DNA of 45,334 nucleotides from a virus (Duplodnaviria; Caudoviricetes): the IMG/VR virus record IMGVR_UViG_3300022699_000354, positions 1 to 45,334 of that record; one strand, given 5' to 3'. Positions within the stretch are counted from its first letter, which is position 1, and the number at the start of each line of letters is the position of its first letter. The translations under genes were made by a program, and so were the position numbers. Of the stretch, positions 26,480-34,156 are shown piece after piece. Under the pieces are notes generated by a model that was given only the letters and a program-made list of their open reading frames with translations, searched no databases and was not told the origin of the DNA.

Positions 26480-28945
26480 TTAACTCCTTGTATCGTTTAT
26501 ATTGTTTGGAGAAGAGTTCCCGGTACCGGTATCATTAATAAGAGTACCATTTCCCCGAGACCTTACGACATTAGAATCTATTACATTATAATCGCCTGAA
26601 ACGTCGAAGTAATCTCCAACGCTCCCCCCGTCCTGATTGTTTATTACATTTCCGACGATAACTCCGTCGTCTCCCGCTATTTTAAAAACATCAGTAGGGC
26701 CTCCAGCAACCTCGGCGTTATTATTTGACAGTATTGTCCCGAGTTCATTTGCATGTACTTCAACAAGCAGAGAATCTGAACACTCGAAATTATTTTCGCA
26801 AATCTGGTTATGGTTCGAATCAACATATATAATACCTGTACCGGAAGTACCGTCAAATTTATTTCCAGATAGATTTATATGTCCCGAGCTCGACAATACA
26901 ATTAGATATTTAGAGGTTATTTGAAAATTTTCAAAAATATTATTGGTAATTCTCATAGAAGCGTTTGCGGTCATGATACGTTTGTCAAGCGTGGTCGTAC
27001 TCTGTACTGTATTACCGTCGAAAACCGAAAGACCAGCCGTCGAAAAGTCGAAATGGTCGTCTATACTCGAGGAGCTTCTGATATAAAAATCATTTCCTTT
27101 TACGGTCGTATAATTGTTAATTTTTAATTGGGTATCATCGTGAAACTGCCAATAATTATTATTCAAAATACTTTGCGAACCAATAGAAAGAACGCCTTCG
27201 GCGCCTTTATTAAATACCCTATTTCCAGTTATACTTAATTCGTCTCCGGAAGTGCCGTATATAGAGCCGTCAACGAAATTACCTTGTAAAATAGATTCGT
27301 CGCTTCCGTTTTGAAGTTGTATGTCTCCCCAAAAATATGAACCGATAACCCTTGTTCTTTCACCGTTTATTATAAGTGTACTTCCACTTTCTGTTTTTAT
27401 TCCAGACAGAAAACACTGGTCTCCGTTTATCTCCGGAGCCTCTTCGAATTCGGAATTCGTTATTTTAATACTATCAACATTAGCCGGGACGACAAACGAA
27501 TCCCTTGTAACAACCTCGTCAATAAATCCATTTATTGTACTTCCGTTAAGGTCAGAGGAATCTCTCATATAAATAGATTGATTATCGTACGTATAATTTT
27601 TTATAGATATATTGTTTAAATTAAATTTGCTTCGAAGATAAAATATATGATAATAAGAAAATGTATTTGAATTATTTTCTATTTTTATATTATTTATATT
27701 TGCCAAGCCGGTATATTCACCTATTCCTATTGCGTTTGAGACTTGGTCCGTCCAAACATCATTCAGATAATCTTCCAAATGCAATTCAACCGAATCAATA
27801 CAAGCAATTCCAGTCCCGTCAAGAAATATAACGGAATCATCAGCGGTTAAAGCACCGCCTTTCATAACCAAACCGCAACAATACGCATAAATATTTTTCA
27901 CGTTAAATTTAGAAGATCGATAAGCATGTATTACATGTTGAAACGAATACGACGCGTCAATATCCCGAATAGTTACAGAAGGCGTCAAAGAAGTAAAATT
28001 AAAATTTAACCGTAAACCAACTTCGAATGGGTTAACGGCAGAAGCTATCGCGTCGGTAAAATCTCCTTCAGCATTCCGCGCGAGGGTCGCTGTAGTGTCA
28101 TCTGTAATACTCGCAATAGCATAATGTTCTTGACCTATATGTATATATCCTGATTCGTTTAGCTCTTCTGTAAAATTGGTATCCGTTCCAGTGAGAGAAG
28201 TTGAGCCGTTCGAAACCGTAATCGTTCCACTCAGGGTTTTATCACCTATAAATTGAACATCTTCAATAATCGGATAATTTTTCGCTTCATTGTCTTCTCC
28301 GGAACCTTCAGAATCAGCGGAATTAGTAACTCTAATGAAATAGTGATGTACGCCGGAATCTGTCTCGGCCTGTACCGGAGCTCCGACTGTTTGAAACTTT
28401 ACAAAAGATATTTTAAAATTTGTTATCCTATTTTCGTACCCTTCCGCCCAAATACCAGACATATAAAGAGGGGTACTGCTGTCTCCCCTGTATTCCATTT
28501 CAATCTTTAAATTCTGAACCCCCCAATACCCGAACCAGTCGGCCTCGGTCGGTACCCCGTAACTGCCTTGGTCGGTGTATTCACAAAAACCGAAGCATAT
28601 CCTCGATTCATATGTAAGACCGCTTCCAGATCGACGAAGCCAATAATTTGAAGACTCGTTCGTTCTATCAAAATTCAAGATAGTAGACTCTCGACCCTCC
28701 CCCCTGAAAACAACCGGGACATTATTACATATAATCGTCTCTTCAATATAATATGTACCAGCAGAAATCTGTATAACATATGGACCGCCGTTCGGGTTCG
28801 ACTGACAATAATTATTCGCCTTTTGAACAGAACGATATACATAACCTTCAGTCTCAACAAGAGCATTCTGGTTTACTATAATAACTGTAACCGGGTCGAG
28901 GAAGTCGTCGGTATCGCTTAAATTAGCAGTTAAAGGCAAGACCAT
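26480..28945 (-). CDS. Pectin-lyase-like beta-helix tailspike/fibre protein
   Basis: SVQKANN...IQISAGTYYI...VFRGEG...TIL entry motif; Asn-ladder repeats (ITGN, VKGN, FDGN, ITNN, LSGN). Confidence 0.85.
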   Translation of the reverse strand: MVLPLTANLSDTDDFLDPVTVIIVNQNALVETEGYVYRSVQKANNYCQSNPNGGPYVIQISAGTYYIEETIICNNVPVVFRGEGRESTILNFDRTNESSNYWLRRSGSGLTYESRICFGFCEYTDQGSYGVPTEADWFGYWGVQNLKIEMEYRGDSSTPLYMSGIWAEGYENRITNFKISFVKFQTVGAPVQAETDSGVHHYFIRVTNSADSEGSGEDNEAKNYPIIEDVQFIGDKTLSGTITVSNGSTSLTGTDTNFTEELNESGYIHIGQEHYAIASITDDTTATLARNAEGDFTDAIASAVNPFEVGLRLNFNFTSLTPSVTIRDIDASYSFQHVIHAYRSSKFNVKNIYAYCCGLVMKGGALTADDSVIFLDGTGIACIDSVELHLEDYLNDVWTDQVSNAIGIGEYTGLANINNIKIENNSNTFSYYHIFYLRSKFNLNNISIKNYTYDNQSIYMRDSSDLNGSTINGFIDEVVTRDSFVVPANVDSIKITNSEFEEAPEINGDQCFLSGIKTESGSTLIINGERTRVIGSYFWGDIQLQNGSDESILQGNFVDGSIYGTSGDELSITGNRVFNKGAEGVLSIGSQSILNNNYWQFHDDTQLKINNYTTVKGNDFYIRSSSSIDDHFDFSTAGLSVFDGNTVQSTTTLDKRIMTANASMRITNNIFENFQITSKYLIVLSSSGHINLSGNKFDGTSGTGIIYVDSNHNQICENNFECSDSLLVEVHANELGTILSNNNAEVAGGPTDVFKIAGDDGVIVGNVINNQDGGSVGDYFDVSGDYNVIDSNVVRSRGNGTLINDTGTGNSSPNNINDTRS

Positions 28946-28948
28946 ATT

Positions 28949-29416
28949 TTAGCCTCCCATATAAGTTACATTTACCGTCGCGCTGGACGGAGAAGCGCTC
29001 TCGCTTACAAAATTAACCCGTACTTGGTCCATTCTAAAATTAGATTTGTGCATTAGATATGTTCCATTCGCCGTATATTGTGTCGCGTTACCCGAATCGT
29101 CAAGATTAAACCAGTTCGTACCGTCGAGAGTCCCTTCCATTTGTATATCAACGCTTGCATTAATTCCCGCAATTACGATTTGAAATGTATGATTTTTGTA
29201 ATCATTAACATCTTTCGCGCTCGAAGTTCCGGGAGCTGTTAGCTCAGCGAAAGCCTCAATAAGCGGTTCAGAGGCTCCGGATTCCGTCGAAATTCCGCCC
29301 TCCGAATCTCCCTTGAGTTCATGATACTTACCGGTATCCGGGTTTCGTACAGCTAATACTGCTCGGGGTGTTTTATTACCGACTGAATGGTCGGGGAGTT
29401 CTGGATTTCCAGCCAT
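28949..29416 (-). CDS. Beta-rich virion structural protein
   Basis: VDIQMEGTLDGTNWFNL...VRVNF jelly-roll-like motif; AAGGAG RBS. Confidence 0.6.
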   Translation of the reverse strand: MAGNPELPDHSVGNKTPRAVLAVRNPDTGKYHELKGDSEGGISTESGASEPLIEAFAELTAPGTSSAKDVNDYKNHTFQIVIAGINASVDIQMEGTLDGTNWFNLDDSGNATQYTANGTYLMHKSNFRMDQVRVNFVSESASPSSATVNVTYMGG

Positions 29417-29428
29417 ATTTTTGTCTCC

Positions 29429-29878
29429 TTAAATCTCTACTAATACCGTCAAGTTCATTTCTATATAATGTACGAGAACGTTCGAAAACATTCTCGGCTC
29501 CGATACAGGAACCTGTATAAAGGTATGTCTTTGACATAAACCGTCAAGGTCTCTAAAATTTCTAAATTCGGCCCGTATATCTTCGATTATTTCGTCTGCC
29601 TCTTTTTCGGAAGCCTCGGAGTCGTCAACTGAATAATAATACCGAATTGTAAAAGTATGTTCGTCAAGGTATCTCGGACCGGTCGTTTCCTGTATTTCAG
29701 TCGTAGAAGTTCGCGAAATCTCTCCCCCGTTTATTTTCGCCTGTCCGTCCGGTTTATAAAACTCGAGAAATTTTTTGTATTTATTGGTCCAACGTTCATA
29801 ATCATGAATTTTACCGACAGAGGAAATACCTTCCATTATCGTTTTTATTTTTGTTTTTATATCAGATAACGTACTCAA
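29429..29878 (-). CDS. Tail terminator-like protein
   Basis: Size, position and pattern typical of neck genes. Confidence 0.6.
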   Translation of the reverse strand: MSTLSDIKTKIKTIMEGISSVGKIHDYERWTNKYKKFLEFYKPDGQAKINGGEISRTSTTEIQETTGPRYLDEHTFTIRYYYSVDDSEASEKEADEIIEDIRAEFRNFRDLDGLCQRHTFIQVPVSEPRMFSNVLVHYIEMNLTVLVEI

Positions 29879-30363
29879 TCTAAATCCTCTGTTAAATCAA
29901 TTCCGGCATTTTCGAAAATTTGAATAATTTGTCTCTCCGTTGCCCGCTTCGCCTCCCGGAACATATATTTACCCTTAGTACCGTGTTTCTGTATTTTTCT
30001 ACCGATAACATACGTAATTGAGTCTATCTCTTCTGACTTCGGTTTAATCTGTCTTTGTACCCAATGTTTTAAAGCCCTTATGTTTGGGAAACCTCTATTC
30101 GGTCTGATTCCCCTCTCAACCGGAAGAGCGTACTTGAGAGGGCTTCCGACTATACCTCGGAATATCCCTCCGGAATGAATAACATCTCCGGATATACTCC
30201 GCTTTAAAATCCCGTCCGACAAAGGGGTCCTCTGTTTTATGTTTCGTTCCAAAAGAACGACGGCCTTCCTCATTGCAGTTCTAAATATCCGAACGACAGT
30301 ACCTTCTCTCAGTTTCGTTTCGAATATCGGCCCTTCCTGAGACCATTCAGAGGAAAACTTCAT
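29875..30363 (-). CDS. HK97 gp10-like tail completion protein
   Basis: TPLSDGILKRSI...VGSPLKYALPVERG...GTKGKYMF. Confidence 0.85.
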   Translation of the reverse strand: MKFSSEWSQEGPIFETKLREGTVVRIFRTAMRKAVVLLERNIKQRTPLSDGILKRSISGDVIHSGGIFRGIVGSPLKYALPVERGIRPNRGFPNIRALKHWVQRQIKPKSEEIDSITYVIGRKIQKHGTKGKYMFREAKRATERQIIQIFENAGIDLTEDLD

Positions 30364-30364
30364 T

Positions 30365-30694
30365 TTAGTTCCTGAAAGCCAAAATAGACCAATCAGACTC
30401 GGCCGGGTCTATCTCAGAAGATGTCGGATTTATAAACGTAACCTTTAATGTGTTGTCGGCCGATACCCGGGCATTTCCGATACCTATATCTTCAGCGCCG
30501 GCATTTACGACGACAACGTCTCCATCGACCAAACCGCTTACGGTAAATTCTTCCGAAGCGACAGAATCAGCGGAAACGGCCGAAGGGTTTATCGTTGCAG
30601 AAAATTCTTTTACGACAGAAAATTCTGTACCAGAATCCCCTGTCTTGATACCGCCTTCGCTCTGTACCGGTCCCGAAAAATGAGTCTCTCCCAT
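30365..30694 (-). CDS. Head decoration-like protein
   Basis: THFSGPV N-terminus; small beta-sandwich. Confidence 0.5.
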   Translation of the reverse strand: MGETHFSGPVQSEGGIKTGDSGTEFSVVKEFSATINPSAVSADSVASEEFTVSGLVDGDVVVVNAGAEDIGIGNARVSADNTLKVTFINPTSSEIDPAESDWSILAFRN

Positions 30695-30706
30695 GATATT
30701 CCTTTC

Positions 30707-31414
30707 TTAAAAATCTTTAACAAATGTGTTCCCGGAATCTTTCGCTTCTGTATCCCGGGGGAAAATAAATTCATCTGTACCGAGCGGAGACAAGTCCCAA
30801 CTTCCTATGCTTCCGGTAAATTCCTTTGGGATATGCCTCTCGAATTTTTCCATTAAATCTCTTGCTTGCTCTGAGTATAAGGTCGCTCTCTCCCAATAGT
30901 CGACTACATCTGCTCCAATAGTGGCCCGGGCCGTCTGAGCATAATATCTCGCAAGTTGCGAACAACAATCCGCAGAAGCGTAAGCGCAAATTGCCTCAAA
31001 GTCTGTATCTGGTACCGTAACCTCCGTACTTGATATAATATGTTTTTTAATAAATATAACCCAAGCCGTCTCGCCAGAAGCGAAGGGGGTGTAAAGTCTT
31101 ATTTTCCTCCCGGTCGGAGTATATATCAACTGGTATTCGTTTGACTTGAGAAACTGAGGCCTCCCTTCGTCCTTAACCGGATACTGAATAGCAAGTATCC
31201 ATGAAAAACTTTCCTCCCAATTTGTCGGCAAATCTATATTATTAGTCGAACCGTCTCCGGAATATTCCTGAACATCTATATTAGGCCTTCTTTTTTGATA
31301 TTCCTGAACTGCACTATTTATATTGTTACCGAGACTTGAATACGTAACCTCTTCGTCGTCCTGTATAATCTGTTTTATTCTGTCTTCGTAATCTGTTTTT
31401 GTCTTACTCGGCAT
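30707..31414 (-). CDS. Head-tail adaptor/connector protein
   Basis: Directly after the capsid gene; INSAV...DLP...EAICAYA pattern. Confidence 0.6.
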   Translation of the reverse strand: MPSKTKTDYEDRIKQIIQDDEEVTYSSLGNNINSAVQEYQKRRPNIDVQEYSGDGSTNNIDLPTNWEESFSWILAIQYPVKDEGRPQFLKSNEYQLIYTPTGRKIRLYTPFASGETAWVIFIKKHIISSTEVTVPDTDFEAICAYASADCCSQLARYYAQTARATIGADVVDYWERATLYSEQARDLMEKFERHIPKEFTGSIGSWDLSPLGTDEFIFPRDTEAKDSGNTFVKDF

Positions 31415-31428
31415 ACAATCCCTTTAAC

Positions 31429-31469
31429 AAAAAAAAAGAGGCCGTCCCGGTCAACCCGGGAACGACCTC
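31429..31469 (-). terminator. Intrinsic terminator after the capsid gene
   Basis: GAGGTCGTTCCCGG-GTTGA-CCGGGACGGCCTC followed by U9. Confidence 0.9.
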
Positions 31470-31480
31470 CATTCTAATTG

Positions 31481-34060
31481 TTAAGATACGATTCCGCCCT
31501 GACCGAATCGGAATCCAGCGGGAGCCCCGCCGTATTCATGTCGTATCTTATATGTTATCCGGTCCTTGTTAAAGACTTCCCCCTGAGTCGGCTGGTCCTG
31601 TACGATTATCTCGGGGTCTTCCTGCCCTCCAAGGAAGCCGACTTCAACGCCCGGTATTTCGTCGGGGTCTGCAAGAGCGTAATAATTGTTCTGGTCGCCT
31701 CTGAGGCGAGTAGAAACTACCGGTTCCATGAGCTCATAAAGAGTGTTTATGTCTCTGTCCCCTGTCCCGGGCCGGTTCTCATTGTTATAATACTGATAGG
31801 CCTGAGCCCTCAGAGCGGGGGGAACGAGCAGATACGAAGGCATTGCTCCTATCTGGTCCGTTAACACCGTTACGACGTCGTTGTCGTCATGAGCGTCAGC
31901 TGACGTACCGTACTGAGCCCTTACAACTGTTAGGTCGTTCGTAGAGATAGACGTTACCCGAGCGATTTCTGATTCGCAACGGATATAATCACCGGCTTTA
32001 AACTGAGTACCGTCGTCAACTGTCCAAGTAGTAACCGAATCATTGACCGCACCGTTAAGGGCGTCCTCAGCTCCGTACTCCCACTGTTCCATCATTTTTT
32101 CAACCATAGAAGTAAGGTTGTCGTATGAAATGGCAGAAGTAATAATGTTGAAATGGTCAGCGTGATAAATCGCTTTGCCATCGGCCAACGTATATGTGTT
32201 GACCCCGGAAGAAGTCCAACCGATAATTAGGTCCATAACGAATTGCTCAAGACTTACGGAAGCCGCTTTTCCGAGCTTCGCTGGTATCTTCTGAAGGGCT
32301 CTTGTATCGTCGTTGATAATCATTTTACGGGTAACGTAAAACTCCCCGCCCTTCTGTCCCGCAGAGTACGTCTCTTCTGAACTCTGAGGCGTTGCGAGTA
32401 CCGGATAGTCTGCGTCCTCGGTCAAATCCTGAAGGAATGAAAACCCGCCCCAACGAATCAGCTCCTGCTGTTTGAAATCGCTGACATTTACAACATCAAC
32501 GAGTTTTCTCCAATTCTGCTCCCGCTTCCGGAAGTCGTCGAGAATCCGTCTATGCAGAGTATTCCCGAGGATATTTGGAAAATCCGACGTTGTGGACTCT
32601 CTGAGATTTTCCGCGACTCTACCGCGTACACGCGCCGACTTGTCGCCGGTTATCATTCGATACGCTTCTCTCAGCGAACCGAATGGTTTAACGCCTTTGT
32701 ATTCCGGGTCGTCATTACCGGCCTTCGGGTCGATTAGCTTTTCAAAAGCTATTTCGAACCTGTCCCGCTTTTCGGTTCCAACCTCGGCCTGTTCACCGAG
32801 ACCTTTTATCTGTCCTGATTCCGTAAGGCTCTCTAACATTTTCTTTTCCCTCTTAACAGCGTCGCGAAGTTCCTGTCTTTCGAATGTCTTTTTCCCGAAG
32901 TCCTCTCTGAGTTTTTTCTTTACAGGGTCGGGGAGAACTTTATCATTGTCGACCAAGCTTTCAAGAGCCGATTCCGCTTCCTGCTTTTCGATTTTTTCTT
33001 CGAGAGCTTTAATACGATCTTCCTCTGAACTGTCTTTCGCGTCCTCTTTCTCTTCTTTTTCCTTTTCAGGTTCCTTATTGTCTTCGACGGACTCTTCCTG
33101 ATTTTCCTCCGGAGCCTCAGGATAAGGGTAACCGTAAGCTGGATAAGGATAACCATAACGAGGGGCCCCGTAATTGTCGATAACTTCAGAGAGTATACTT
33201 ACCGCTTCGTCGAAAGCCTCCTCCTCGATAGCCGTAATAGCATTCATAACCTTTGCCTTCAGACTCTCAACCAGCTTATCGCTCTCAGCGTTCCTGTCCG
33301 CCTCAGACTCGGGAGTCTCAATGGTTAATCCCTTCAGCATACCAAGAAGGAAATCGGCAGTCTTTTCATTTTCTTCAAGACTTTTTATTTCCGGACGGCC
33401 CTCTTCGAGCTTCTCAAAAACCCTTTTCAATTCATTCATATCTTTTCCTTTATTAACACTTGCAACTAAACGTAAGACTCGACCACCTCCGGCCGGGTCC
33501 GTAACTACAGTAAGTTCATTTACTTCTTTTATCGCCTTTACAGCAGAGACGACCTTACCCCCGATAGAGGCCGGCTCCGAATAACCCTTTACATCTATAC
33601 TAAAACCGAGAAGGTCCTTCTTGCTTTTTTCCCAAGACCTTTGTAATCGTTCCCGAAGCCAATCGGCTATACAATGGAAATCAGCTTCGAGACGGCCGAG
33701 ATCGTTTCCCTTCTCTTTTACGTATTCTACATTTTCAACCCATCCGACAACGTTTCCCGAAAGACCCTCCGGGAGATTAACCCGAATTTCCTCCGGAATA
33801 TGATTAAAGAAATTTTTTTCCGGCACGTTAAACCCGTACGCAAAAACACCGACTCCCTCGAACAAGTCTTCCATTTGTCTAAGAGACTGCTCAGTATAAT
33901 ATCTCTGTTTGCCTGTATGAATATCTTTATTCTTTGAAGACCCCTCCTCGATTACAACAATCCTCCATAGCTTGCCTTCCTTGTCCTTGCTCTTCTTTAG
34001 CTGTCCCTCGCTCTCGCTTAATACTTCGAAGTCTTGGTCTACAAGATATTTAATATTCAT
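31481..34060 (-). CDS. Fused prohead protease - scaffold - major capsid protein (Mu gpT-like)
   Basis: Protease GSSKN...Y...NH...GFSID...ELTVVTDPA; acidic/coiled scaffold; TTSDFPNIL, VSDFK, TRKMIINDD, LLVPPAL, EVGFLGG, YKIRHEYG. Confidence 0.92.
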   Translation of the reverse strand: MNIKYLVDQDFEVLSESEGQLKKSKDKEGKLWRIVVIEEGSSKNKDIHTGKQRYYTEQSLRQMEDLFEGVGVFAYGFNVPEKNFFNHIPEEIRVNLPEGLSGNVVGWVENVEYVKEKGNDLGRLEADFHCIADWLRERLQRSWEKSKKDLLGFSIDVKGYSEPASIGGKVVSAVKAIKEVNELTVVTDPAGGGRVLRLVASVNKGKDMNELKRVFEKLEEGRPEIKSLEENEKTADFLLGMLKGLTIETPESEADRNAESDKLVESLKAKVMNAITAIEEEAFDEAVSILSEVIDNYGAPRYGYPYPAYGYPYPEAPEENQEESVEDNKEPEKEKEEKEDAKDSSEEDRIKALEEKIEKQEAESALESLVDNDKVLPDPVKKKLREDFGKKTFERQELRDAVKREKKMLESLTESGQIKGLGEQAEVGTEKRDRFEIAFEKLIDPKAGNDDPEYKGVKPFGSLREAYRMITGDKSARVRGRVAENLRESTTSDFPNILGNTLHRRILDDFRKREQNWRKLVDVVNVSDFKQQELIRWGGFSFLQDLTEDADYPVLATPQSSEETYSAGQKGGEFYVTRKMIINDDTRALQKIPAKLGKAASVSLEQFVMDLIIGWTSSGVNTYTLADGKAIYHADHFNIITSAISYDNLTSMVEKMMEQWEYGAEDALNGAVNDSVTTWTVDDGTQFKAGDYIRCESEIARVTSISTNDLTVVRAQYGTSADAHDDNDVVTVLTDQIGAMPSYLLVPPALRAQAYQYYNNENRPGTGDRDINTLYELMEPVVSTRLRGDQNNYYALADPDEIPGVEVGFLGGQEDPEIIVQDQPTQGEVFNKDRITYKIRHEYGGAPAGFRFGQGGIVS
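33527..33583 (-). repeat. 57-bp inverted repeat, copy B (inside the protease domain)
   Basis: Encodes YSEPASIGGKVVSAVKAIK; 54/57 identical to 6740-6796. Confidence 0.9.
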
Positions 34061-34120
34061 ACTCTTTGTCCTTTTTGTGGAAACTACTCTTTCCGCTCGC
34101 TGTTAGCTCGCTTAATAATT

Positions 34121-34149
34121 ATAATAACATATTTTTTTTAATATGTCAA
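34121..34149 (-). promoter_or_regulatory. sigma70-type promoter for the capsid gene with overlapping palindrome
   Basis: TTGACA-17 bp-TATTAT with TG extended -10; ACATATT-N6-AATATGT at 34127-34146. Confidence 0.75.
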
Positions 34150-34156
34150 ACATTTT

